Source: Terriglobia bacterium
GTDB lineage: Bacteria; Acidobacteriota; Terriglobia; 2-12-FULL-54-10
Assembly (NCBI GenBank): GCA_965198025.1
Contig: OZ240237.1
Coordinates: 1,237,054-1,301,053, forward strand
Reading direction: 5' to 3'
DNA length: 64,000 nt
A program made the position numbers and the translations under genes. Of this stretch, positions 25,675-34,549 are shown piece by piece (the first letter of the stretch is position 1; every line of letters starts with the position of its first letter). The notes under the pieces were generated by a model. The model ran no database searches. It was not told the origin of the DNA and saw nothing but the letters and a program-made list of their open reading frames with translations.

Positions 25675-26572
25675 CAAACGGGCGGGCTACCTGGGGCTGG
25701 CAGTGATCGCGGCGGCGGCGTTCGCGGCGATGGGGCAGGGGCCGGGCGGCGGGCTGCTGCTGCAACAGGGGCAGCGTGGGCTGTTCGAACCGATTCCGGA
25801 AGACTTCATGCCGCGGCCCGACCTCGAAGCGGACGAGGCGCCGGAGTTCTACTTTACACGACTGGTCTATCGCGAGAACGGCTGGCGGCGCAGGCCGACC
25901 ATGCGAAAACCGCCGTCCGAGTACGTGTGTCCGGAGTTCGGGGGCGGACGGTTCTTCCCCCGGCAAGGCTGGGGCTGGGCGACGGACTTTCCCGGAGCCG
26001 ATTGCAAGTTCATGGGCGGCGTGCACCGGCTGACGGGCGTGCGCGTGCATCCGAATCCGAACGTGATGTCGATCCTGGACCCGGAGCTGTTCCAATTTCC
26101 GTTTGCGTATGCGGTGGAAGTCGGAGGGATGTACCTGGACGAAGAAGAGGCGGCGCGGTTGCGCGAGTACCTGCTGCGCGGCGGCTACCTGTTCGTGGAC
26201 GACTTCTGGGGAAGGTGGCAAAAGCAGAACTTCGTGGACCAGATGCGCAAGGTGTTTCCAGAGCGCGAGCTGGAAGAGCTGCCGCTGACGCATCCGGTGT
26301 TCCACACGTTTTACGACCTCGAGGGGGTGATGCAGATCCCGAACGTGGGACAGGGATGCTACGGGGGGCCGACCTGGCAGGAGCCCGACGACCGCGAGCC
26401 GCGCGTCTACGGCATGCACGACGACGCCGGGCGGCTGATGGTGGCGGTGACATACAACTCGGACCTGGGCGACGCCTGGGAATACATGGACCTGCCGTGC
26501 TATCCAGAGAAGTTTTCGGGGTGGGCGTACCGCATGGGGATCAACTTCATGATCTATTCCATGACGCATTAG
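25670..26572 (+). CDS. DUF4159 domain-containing secreted protein
   Basis: Signal MNKRAGYLGLAVIAAAAFAAMGQ, then FYFTRLVY...GWGWATDFPGADCKFM...PFAYAVEVGGMYLDEEEAARLREYLLRGGYLFVDDFWG. The ATG at 25670 is preferred over the track start at 25592. Confidence 0.65.
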   Translation: MNKRAGYLGLAVIAAAAFAAMGQGPGGGLLLQQGQRGLFEPIPEDFMPRPDLEADEAPEFYFTRLVYRENGWRRRPTMRKPPSEYVCPEFGGGRFFPRQGWGWATDFPGADCKFMGGVHRLTGVRVHPNPNVMSILDPELFQFPFAYAVEVGGMYLDEEEAARLREYLLRGGYLFVDDFWGRWQKQNFVDQMRKVFPERELEELPLTHPVFHTFYDLEGVMQIPNVGQGCYGGPTWQEPDDREPRVYGMHDDAGRLMVAVTYNSDLGDAWEYMDLPCYPEKFSGWAYRMGINFMIYSMTH

Positions 26573-26729
26573 AAAGGGGAGCAGGGAGCAGGGAATAGAA
26601 GAAGGGCAAGGTGTCCGTGGGTAGGGTAGATCATGCGGGCCGGATGGCCACCCCTACGCTCGCGCTCCCGGCTCGAATTCGTGTTCAGGGGGTCTGGCGC
26701 AAGGCGAGGGCGGGGGACGGGCTGGCCGT

Positions 26730-28055
26730 TCATCCAGACGGCGTCGATGTCGCGCCGGAATCGCGGGAATTGGTGATGTCGGCGAGCGGGTCGGAATTGA
26801 GCACGATGAAGTCGGCGACCTTGCCCGGCTCGAGCGTTCCGAAACGGTCGTCGATTCCGAGAAAGGCGGCGGCGTTCAGCGTGGCGGCCCGGATGGCTTC
26901 CATGGGCATGAGGCCGGCATCCACCAGCAACTCCATTTCCAGGTGCTCCCAGAGTCCCTGCAAGCGGCCCGCTCCCTGGGAGTCGGTACCGACAGCGACG
27001 GGGATGCCCGCCGCCGCAGACAGGGCCGTGTTGCGCGAGGCGATGGCGAACTGGCGCCGGGAGCGCTCGACATCCGAGGCGGCGCGCTGTTGATACTCCG
27101 CACTGGTGATGACGTCCAGGACACTCGAAGGAAACAGCAAGGGCAGCGCGGGGTCGTCGAGGAAATCGCGCTGTTCCGCATACAGAACGCTGCTGCGGGT
27201 GCCGACCAAAACCGAAATCAGCGTCACGCCGTTTTCCGTCGCCAGAGCAAGGTACTCTTCGTCCACTTCTTGATCGCGCACATTGTGAGCCATCGCGTCG
27301 AGGCCGCGGCGCATCAGCTCTTTGGCGTCGTCGAGCTCGTAGAGATGCGCCAGGACCTTGATGCCGTGGCGGTGCGCTTCGTCGATGACCGCGCCATAAA
27401 GTTCCGGCGAGAGCTTGGGGAATTCGTCGAGATTGTCGTCCACCCAAAGCTTAATCAGCCCGACTCCCTTGGACACCTCCTCGCGGACCATCTCGTGCGC
27501 CTCTTCGGGAGTGGTGGGCCGGTGAATGGTTTCGACGTCGGCAGGCCGCCAGCCGCCCTGGGCGGCGAACCCGATACCGGCTGAGTGGATGCGCGCGCCG
27601 CCGACCCGGCCGGCCTGCTGGTCCTCGACGAAGCCCTGCATGGCGTCGCCGTTGATTCCCAGGGAGATCACGTGGGTGACGCCATAGTAGAGATAGGCAT
27701 TCACGTCACGCTGGATGTTTTCGCGGGTGTGGTGCTGGAGGCCGCGCTCCATCGCAGTCGAGAGAGCGACATGGCCGTGGAGGTTGAACATGCCGGGGAT
27801 GATGGTCTTTCCGGCGGCTTCCATGCGGCGGGCGCCGGCCGGGACTTCGACGGCACCCTGCGCGCCAACGCTTCGGATGGTGTCGCCTTCGATAACGAGA
27901 GTGGCGTTCTCAAGCGGGGAGTCGGAGCGGCCGTCAATGACGGTGGCACCCACAATGGCGGTGACATCGGATGAGGTCTCCGGCTGCGGGACCGTCTGGC
28001 ACGAGGCTGCGAGCAGAACAAGGGCCATGCAGAGCGCCGGTTTGCGGTGGTTCAT
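26730..28055 (-). CDS. Amidohydrolase-family metallo-hydrolase lipoprotein (possible frameshift in last ~10 codons)
   Basis: Lipobox LLAASC, HxH motif MFNLHGHV, and later LKVLAHLYE and VGTDSQG motifs. The expected terminal motif DIDAVWMNGQ is encoded at 26731-26751 in a different frame. Confidence 0.8.
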   Translation of the reverse strand: MNHRKPALCMALVLLAASCQTVPQPETSSDVTAIVGATVIDGRSDSPLENATLVIEGDTIRSVGAQGAVEVPAGARRMEAAGKTIIPGMFNLHGHVALSTAMERGLQHHTRENIQRDVNAYLYYGVTHVISLGINGDAMQGFVEDQQAGRVGGARIHSAGIGFAAQGGWRPADVETIHRPTTPEEAHEMVREEVSKGVGLIKLWVDDNLDEFPKLSPELYGAVIDEAHRHGIKVLAHLYELDDAKELMRRGLDAMAHNVRDQEVDEEYLALATENGVTLISVLVGTRSSVLYAEQRDFLDDPALPLLFPSSVLDVITSAEYQQRAASDVERSRRQFAIASRNTALSAAAGIPVAVGTDSQGAGRLQGLWEHLEMELLVDAGLMPMEAIRAATLNAAAFLGIDDRFGTLEPGKVADFIVLNSDPLADITNSRDSGATSTPSG

Positions 28056-28067
28056 TGCGTACCTCCC

Positions 28068-28382
28068 TCAAGAGCAAATCTTCGTCCGGTCCGCCGAGGC
28101 TGATCGTGAAATGATATACCAGGGAACAGGGAAACAAGAAACAGGATGAAGAGCAGGTCTTCGGCAGAAACGACAGACGACCCAGCCGGCAATGCCTTGG
28201 CCCGGCTTGAGGCGCACGGTTTTCAAATTCCCGGCGGACTCGCCGATGGCGATTTCGAAGCATGACTCCGGGGTTTCTTCATCCACGAACAGTGGAGACC
28301 AGGCGCCGGGGCGGAAGAAACCGCTGATTTTCTCCAAAATGGTCCGCGCGGGGCCACTAATTTGTAGTGTCTCCTGACACAT
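28068..28382 (-). pseudogene. GAF-domain N-terminal fragment
   Basis: ILEKISGFFRPGAWSPLFVDEETPESCFEIAIGESAGNLKTVRLKPGQGIAGWVV fits the first half of a GAF domain. The remainder (CRFCRRPALHPVS...) does not. Confidence 0.3.
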
Positions 28383-28395
28383 TACCAATTTCTGT

Positions 28396-28424
28396 TTGAC
28401 AGGTGCTTTCTCGGCCCCTATCAT
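28396..28424 (+). promoter_or_regulatory. Near-consensus sigma70 promoter upstream of rodZ
   Basis: TTGACA (28396-28401), 17-nt spacer, TATCAT (28419-28424), 37 nt upstream of the rodZ ATG. Confidence 0.55.
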
Positions 28425-28460
28425 ACAACTTGGCGGATTGTATTAGTTCCTTACGAGCTC

Positions 28461-29333
28461 ATGGATTCCTTAGGTAACAATCTCCGGCGAACACGAGAAG
28501 AGCGCGGGATTTCTCTGGAAGAGATTTCGCAGAAGACCAAAATCAGCACCCGATTGCTGCAGGCGATCGAGAACGAGCAGTTCGACCGGTTGCCGGGAGG
28601 GCTCATCAGCCGGAGCTTTGTGCGTCAGTACGCCCGGGAACTCGGCGTGGACGAGAATATGGCCGTGCAGGAGTACGTGCAGGCATCGGCCGAACGGGTG
28701 GAAGCGCCAACCGTGCTGCTGAGCGACACTCCGGACCAAAGCTTTTCGGCGGAAGCCGATTATGCGCGGATGATTCTGGCGATCCTCGGGATCGGCATTC
28801 TGTTAGCGGGTTTCGGGTACGGGGGGTACCGCTTGTATGGTTCCCTGACAGCCGATCCGCTTTCCGCAGAGGCTCGGATAGGGGAGCCTTCCGCAGCCGT
28901 TCCAGCGGAACCGCCGACGGAGACGGCTGCGAGCGATGAGCCAATGGCGGCCCCGGGCCGAGAGGAGCAGAACGCCGGGCTGGGAGGGACGGCTGTGATT
29001 TCCGCAGCTGCTGCCGCGGCGGCGCCGGCTGCGGAAAGTGAGGCAACACCCGTTGCAGCATCCCTGCCGCAGGAGGAATTGGAACTGCAGATTGCTTCCC
29101 ACGGCCCGGTGTGGCTCTCGATTACGGCCGACGGCGTGCGGGAGTGGCAGGGAACCATGCAGGCCAACCAGACGCGGGACGTGCAAGCGGCGGAATCGGT
29201 AAACCTGACGGTCGGCGATGCGGGAGCGATAAGCCTTACCTTGAACGGGAACCCAATGCCAGGGCTGGGACTGCCGGGCCAAGTCCGAACCCTCACCATC
29301 ACGGCGAGAGACGCCGCCGAATCTTCTCCGTGA
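28461..29333 (+). CDS. rodZ: RodZ-like cytoskeleton protein (HTH + TM + DUF4115)
   Basis: N-terminal HTH LRRTREERGISLEEISQKTKISTRLLQAIENEQFDRLPGG, one TM helix, an Ala/Pro-rich linker, and a C-terminal LELQIASHGPVWLSITADG...LTVGDAGAISLTLNG. Confidence 0.8.
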   Translation: MDSLGNNLRRTREERGISLEEISQKTKISTRLLQAIENEQFDRLPGGLISRSFVRQYARELGVDENMAVQEYVQASAERVEAPTVLLSDTPDQSFSAEADYARMILAILGIGILLAGFGYGGYRLYGSLTADPLSAEARIGEPSAAVPAEPPTETAASDEPMAAPGREEQNAGLGGTAVISAAAAAAAPAAESEATPVAASLPQEELELQIASHGPVWLSITADGVREWQGTMQANQTRDVQAAESVNLTVGDAGAISLTLNGNPMPGLGLPGQVRTLTITARDAAESSP

Positions 29334-29824
29334 GGGCCGGCCGTGGGATCGACGCCTTTCTCATCTTCCTGAAACAGAGCGAAACGAAAAGCTGCTCCAG
29401 GCGCGAGGCGCTGCGGAGAATTGGGATGGTCTGCAACTGGACGAACTGGTGGCCCTGGCCGTAGATGCGGACGCGCGGAAGTCCGCCGAACTGTGCAGAA
29501 AACGCTGGAGCGGCTGAACGATCCAGATTATGCCAGGCAACGGAACGATCCGGAATTGCCAGCGGCCGTCGGCCGGTATTCTTTAGGCCGGATGGGCGTG
29601 GCGGAAAGGTCAAGGCAACCTTGCCGGGAAGTCGTGAGGCCGCGCGATCCTGATCCGGGACGGCAGTGATAGCGAGCGGCGAATACGCGGCGGGTGGCCG
29701 GGCGAAAAAGGCTTGGAATTCGAGTCGAGTTGTTTTATTCTTTTGACACATTGCGAAATGGTTCAGCAGGTCTGAGATTGAGTGGGTGCCGAGGCCGACG
29801 TTTTTCATTATAGGGGTGGGACCT

Positions 29825-32800
29825 GTGCAAATAAAACGGATTGCAGTTCTTCTGTTTGTGTTCGGTCTGGGAGGAAATCCGATCGGAGTTCAAGCGGCAT
29901 GGGGTGAGCCGGCGCCGGCAGTACCCCAAGGCCTGGCCGCGGCAGGCTCGCCCGATCGCACAGAGGTGCGGATCCCGGGGCAGCTGAGTTCATTTCTGCG
30001 GATGGCGGCCATCAGCCAGAAATCCGCACCGGAAGAAGTGCTGCCCTTTCTGGCGCGCAACGTGGCGGTCGAGGGGTACGTATACATTGGCGAGAATCCG
30101 AGGCGACCGACCGAGTTTCTGGTGCTGCTGAAGAGCTATCTGGAGCAGGCACGGGAATTGCAGGCCCTGGCGGGGCTGGACGGGTTGATCGAGGTGAACT
30201 CCTGCGAGGACGCGGAGTTACTGATCCCAGTGATCGGCTACGACTTCCGGACGCCATGCGGACCGGGCACTTCGCTCGAGACCGAAGATCCAGAGAGAGC
30301 GTTCCTGGCCGTTGACTCGGGCTTTCCACTGGTGGATCTGGAAGAAGCCTTGCGGCAGGGCACAACCTTCACGCATTCGGTGCAGTCCAGCACCGTGCCG
30401 GTGTTGTTCGAAGTAAGCGACTGGGCGGCGGAGGAAAAGAGCGTACTGGATACCTTGATCGACGGTCCAAGGCTGGCGCGTCTGTACTGGGCGCTGGCGA
30501 AGCTGGACGAAGGTACGCAGAGGGAGTTGAAAGAGTCGATCGGGATCGAGGCGCTGGTGCCGGTGGCGTCGATCCTGGATTTCTACGGCAGCCATATTCA
30601 GATCCGGGGCGGACGGGTGATGGTCCCGGGAGGAAGGAACGCCGAGCGGGGATGGCAGCGGCTGGTGGGAGAAGACCCGGACGACCCTGGAGATTTTGTG
30701 CTGAGCCTGCTCGAGAAAGACGAAGGGTGGCTGGCGGCGTATTTCGACACGCTGGGACGGATTCCGCGCTCCCAGCAGGCGTATTTCACGGAGCCGGACC
30801 GGCTGCGGCGGTTCTACGAGGCGCTGCGAGGGCGGGATCTGGAACCCAGTCCGGCGCGTCCGGTGTTCCGGCCCGTGGCCGGATTGCAGTTCTTGCATGC
30901 CCGGTTGCACATCGGTCCGAACGGGCAGCCGCACATTCCGGGGAACCTGGATGTGTGGAAGGAAGTATTCCGGCGCAAGAGCAACAGCCGGCTGGTGCGG
31001 GACTGGGCGCGACAATCGGTGGGATGGAACCGACCGGAGCAGTTGCTGGAGGCATTGTTCTCGGTCTCGCGGGTTCCCGGAGACGACACGCCGCTACAGG
31101 TGTTCCTGCTGATGACGGAGATCGACCGGAGGCGCACGCCGGAACAGCGGGTGAAACCGGAAACGGTGCGCGCAGTGGCTGCCGACTTCTCGCGCTATAA
31201 CGACCAGTTCACGTTATTCACGGAATGGCCGCAGTTGGACGACGAGAGCATTACGCGGTTTATCAACGCGGCGATTACCCTGGATCAAATCCGAAACCGC
31301 ACGGTGCGCGCCAACGCCATAGGAACGTTCCAGGCCAACCTGGGGTTGTGGGAAATTCTGGCGCGGCAGAAGCAGATTCCGGAAGGAGACTTGAACGGGT
31401 CGTTCCAGCGGGTGATCCAGCCATATTATGAGGGGATTCGCACGTCGGAAGAGGTGTTTGACGTGGCACGAGCGTCGCTGGGAGAAGTCACGCGGGCAGT
31501 CACGCTCCGAGCGGACCATTCGCAGGCCGAGATCGTCGTGCTGCTGGCGGGGCCTGAGCAGAAGACGCCCGAGGGGCAACGGGTACGGCAGGAAGTGGCC
31601 AACCGGATGCGGATGGCGATGGATGCGCAGCGGCTGACGTCGCTCGATACGCTGTTCGAGCTGGCCGATGGGTTGGAAGGGATGAGCCAAGGAGAGGCCG
31701 CCTCGGAGGGTTTGATGCGCCTAGCGGGGCAGTTGCAGGAGTTCGAGATGCCGCGGCCGATTTTCACGAACCGCGAACGGAGCGAGTGGGCTTCGGGACT
31801 TCGGAGGAATTCGCACGCCACCCTGCAGGCACGGGTCGATTTGGGGGAGGTCATCAGCGAGTCGGCAGATGATCCGGAAGAGCTGGCCGAGGGCCGAGGG
31901 CTGCTGACACCGTTCTTCCGGGACGTGCTGGTAGGGCTGAATTATGCGTACTACGAGCTGCCCGGAGCCCAGATGCTGCACAACAATACGTTGTTGGTGC
32001 GGTCGCACGATTTCTCGGGACAGATGACGCCTACGGGCGAGGAAGTGTGGCAGACGCCCCGGATGTTCGGACGAGGCTGGACGGCGAGCGGAGGAGCGCA
32101 TCTGGTGGGCTCGTTGTCGGACCTGCCGTATGTTCTGGCGCAGATCGAGCAGGACTTCATCGTGCCGGAAAACGTGCAATCCTTGATCTGGTCGGACTTG
32201 GTTCCGGGGCTGCTGACGGCGGCAGTGCTGCCGCGGTGGTGGGGGGTGACGCCGGACGAGCTACGCGCCGTGGCGCTCTACCAGGAGTTCGGCGAACAAC
32301 TGGTCCTGGCGGCGGAAACGGATGCGGAGCTACGGAGTGTCATCACAGACATCTTGTTCGACCGAATGCTGCCCAGCCGGCTCTATCGGTTTGAGGGCCT
32401 GGTGGCCGCGGGGCGGGCCGAGGAATTCATGCCGCAACTGCTGCCCGCGGAGGCTGCGCATCTGGCGGCGGAATACCTGCGGGTGCATCCAGAGGAAACG
32501 GCGTCCATGGGCGGAGCGGGGCAGGAGCTGTCACGCCTGACCAGCGAGAATCCCACCGAAACGAGCTGGGAGAGGATTGCCGAGGATTTCGGAACTCCGC
32601 ACCCGAGTTTGGGCCGGACGTACGCGCGAGAATTGCTGAACCTGAAGCCGCTGCCGACGTTCCTGGGATACTCCAGCCGGCTGCTGGCGGAATCCTGGGA
32701 GTCGAACAATCTCTACTGGGCGAGACTGGCCCACGAGAAGGGCTATGCTCCTGCAGTGCTGAACCGGCTGATTCCGGTGCTGACGCACCGGATGGTGGAG

Positions 32801-32926
32801 AAGATTTTCGCCACACATCTGGAGGACTGGCCCGCGGTGCTGCGTGCCATGCGCGAAACGGGGGAAGAGTTTCTCCAGGACCAACTTCCGGCAGAGTTCG
32901 GATTGACCGCAACTTTGGGATTGTAA
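29825..32926 (+). CDS. Large secreted hypothetical protein (about 1030 aa), no recognisable family
   Basis: Long uninterrupted ORF with plausible codon usage. GTG at 29825 follows GGGGTGGG (the track start at 29786 is also possible). Signal-like QIKRIAVLLFVFGLGGNPIGVQAAW. Mostly helical-looking with no motif I can name. Confidence 0.7.
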   Translation: MQIKRIAVLLFVFGLGGNPIGVQAAWGEPAPAVPQGLAAAGSPDRTEVRIPGQLSSFLRMAAISQKSAPEEVLPFLARNVAVEGYVYIGENPRRPTEFLVLLKSYLEQARELQALAGLDGLIEVNSCEDAELLIPVIGYDFRTPCGPGTSLETEDPERAFLAVDSGFPLVDLEEALRQGTTFTHSVQSSTVPVLFEVSDWAAEEKSVLDTLIDGPRLARLYWALAKLDEGTQRELKESIGIEALVPVASILDFYGSHIQIRGGRVMVPGGRNAERGWQRLVGEDPDDPGDFVLSLLEKDEGWLAAYFDTLGRIPRSQQAYFTEPDRLRRFYEALRGRDLEPSPARPVFRPVAGLQFLHARLHIGPNGQPHIPGNLDVWKEVFRRKSNSRLVRDWARQSVGWNRPEQLLEALFSVSRVPGDDTPLQVFLLMTEIDRRRTPEQRVKPETVRAVAADFSRYNDQFTLFTEWPQLDDESITRFINAAITLDQIRNRTVRANAIGTFQANLGLWEILARQKQIPEGDLNGSFQRVIQPYYEGIRTSEEVFDVARASLGEVTRAVTLRADHSQAEIVVLLAGPEQKTPEGQRVRQEVANRMRMAMDAQRLTSLDTLFELADGLEGMSQGEAASEGLMRLAGQLQEFEMPRPIFTNRERSEWASGLRRNSHATLQARVDLGEVISESADDPEELAEGRGLLTPFFRDVLVGLNYAYYELPGAQMLHNNTLLVRSHDFSGQMTPTGEEVWQTPRMFGRGWTASGGAHLVGSLSDLPYVLAQIEQDFIVPENVQSLIWSDLVPGLLTAAVLPRWWGVTPDELRAVALYQEFGEQLVLAAETDAELRSVITDILFDRMLPSRLYRFEGLVAAGRAEEFMPQLLPAEAAHLAAEYLRVHPEETASMGGAGQELSRLTSENPTETSWERIAEDFGTPHPSLGRTYARELLNLKPLPTFLGYSSRLLAESWESNNLYWARLAHEKGYAPAVLNRLIPVLTHRMVEKIFATHLEDWPAVLRAMRETGEEFLQDQLPAEFGLTATLGL

Positions 32927-32943
32927 GATACATAGAACGCATC

Positions 32944-32968
32944 ATCTCCGGCCTATCGGGCCGGAGAT
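32944..32968 (+). terminator. 10-bp-stem hairpin just downstream of the 1030-aa ORF
   Basis: ATCTCCGGCC-tatcg-GGCCGGAGAT, 18 nt after the stop. The trailing sequence is only weakly T-rich (TTGAGGTTG). Confidence 0.45.
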
Positions 32969-32999
32969 TGAGGTTGAATCCACACGAGGAGATGACGAA

Positions 33000-34055
33000 A
33001 TGGCAAGAGCGGCTCTCCTACTTGTAATCGGAGCACTGGCGACACCGTTTTGGGGCGTGGCGCAGGAGAACGAAACGGCTGTGTTTCGGGTCGACGTGGA
33101 CCTGGTTCTGCTGAACGTGGCGGTGACGGATCGAAGGGGCAACTACGTCACGAACCTGCGGCCATGGGACTTTCAGGTATTGGAAGACAAAATTGACCAG
33201 GCGGTGGCGACATTCGCGGAGGGCAACGAACAGCCCCGAGGAATGGGAGAGTTCGTGCGCCTTGAGAGCACGCCGCGGATCGTGCAGCCTTATTCGGCGC
33301 GAGTCGGCCGGGGGCTGCGCGACGGGCCGATCAGCCCGCTGATCCAGGAGACGCCGGAAAGCGTGGCTTCCCTGGCCAACGGCGCCAGCGTGTACGTGCT
33401 GTTCGATACGAGCAACTACATGTATCGCGGCTTCGTCTTCGCGCAGGACGCGATCACGGAATTCATCCGGTCGCTGGACCGGCCGGACCGCGTGGCGTTC
33501 TATTCCTACAGCCGGGACTTTTCGCGCGTGGTCCCCATCAGCGAAAACCGCGTGGATGCGTTGCGGGGAGTTCGCAGGACGGTCGCCGGCGACGATGCGG
33601 CGCTCTACAACGCGCTTCTGATGACGCTGCGGGACGCGGCGCGGGTTTCCGGGCGAAAGATGATCGTGGTGTTTTCGAACGGCCCGGACAATGCCAGCAT
33701 GGTGGCGCCGGAAGACGTGCGGGAACTGGCGCAGGCGGAAGGAATCCCGATCTATATGATCAGCACCCGGGAGGCGCGTCACGATCCGGTTTCGACGGCC
33801 GTGTTCGAACGGATGAGCGCCAGTACGGGGGGCAAAGCCTACTTTGCGAAGGACTGGCAGGACCAGCAAAAGGCGTTTGCTTCGATCCGGGACGATCTGA
33901 CGCACCTCTACGCGCTAAGCTATTATCCGCAGCCAAATCCCAACCGCGGCTGGCGCGACATCACGGTAAACCTGGTCGGCGATCACCTGAAAGATTTCCG
34001 GGTCCGAACGCGCACCGGGTACCGCCCGCGAGCGGCACGGATGGCCGGGAGATAG
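33000..34055 (+). CDS. VWA domain protein of the VWFA-related acidobacterial type
   Basis: After the signal peptide it reads FRVDVDLVLLNVAVTDRRGNYVTNLRPWDFQVLEDKIDQAVATF, the characteristic N-terminal signature of this family. A VWA-like core follows (VYVLFDTSNYM... IVVFSNGPDNAS). Confidence 0.75.
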   Translation: MARAALLLVIGALATPFWGVAQENETAVFRVDVDLVLLNVAVTDRRGNYVTNLRPWDFQVLEDKIDQAVATFAEGNEQPRGMGEFVRLESTPRIVQPYSARVGRGLRDGPISPLIQETPESVASLANGASVYVLFDTSNYMYRGFVFAQDAITEFIRSLDRPDRVAFYSYSRDFSRVVPISENRVDALRGVRRTVAGDDAALYNALLMTLRDAARVSGRKMIVVFSNGPDNASMVAPEDVRELAQAEGIPIYMISTREARHDPVSTAVFERMSASTGGKAYFAKDWQDQQKAFASIRDDLTHLYALSYYPQPNPNRGWRDITVNLVGDHLKDFRVRTRTGYRPRAARMAGR

Positions 34056-34549
34056 TGCATCGCCTTAGCTGAAACCAGACCAGCGCCCTTAGCAGTACGG
34101 CTGCAGCTTGCGGATCTGATCGAGCCGCCGCCGCCCCGTGACGAATTCCCAAAACTCTGACCGGAACTCAAACCCTCCAAGGGTTGGGTGCGGCTCTCTT
34201 GTCCTCTCGGGCGGCAGAAATGAAATGCCCTTTTTGGGGCATGTCGTCCCAGGAGCACCTTCAGGCAGCATCCCACTTTGAATTTGGGCGTCCTTCGCGC
34301 GCATGCCATCCCGAGCGCGGCAAGGAAAATTCGTCACTATGTTCCTCTGGATCACGCTTTGAAACTGGAAGACTACTCAAATTCGATCCGTATTGATTCC
34401 ACAGTGTCCGGGGAGTATGATTCCAAAAGAGAGAACTGCGTACGACGCGGTTTCCGAAAAATGGGTTTCCTTGCAGATCGCGGCAGGGATGTTCTCTGAA
34501 CATATCAGGCCCTGGGCAAGAGGAGCAGGGGGGGGGATCAGGAGGCGTT

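Noticed and set aside
23640-25700. tRNA or tmRNA gene as the integration target of the island
   Set aside because: No cloverleaf-compatible sequence (acceptor stem, T-loop GTTCRANNC) was recognised next to either 79-bp repeat. The repeat instead duplicates the 5' end of a protein-coding gene.
25520-26569. 349-aa ORF antisense to the DUF4159 gene, and the overlapping 223-aa and 292-aa ORFs in this area
   Set aside because: Arg/Pro/His-rich shadow frames, while the plus-strand DUF4159 protein and the minus-strand amidohydrolase explain the coding signal.
29334-29785. 450-bp gap after rodZ containing several 60-170-aa ORFs
   Set aside because: No frame gives a recognisable protein. Faint RecX-like words are split over several frames and are not supportable without a database search.
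34056-34549. Lower-GC 0.5-kb gap with small ORFs (for example 34089..34355) and an ATGCCC-loop-GGGCAT hairpin
   Set aside because: There are no recognisable motifs and the ORFs overlap each other in different frames. It is possibly another relic, but it cannot be supported from sequence alone.
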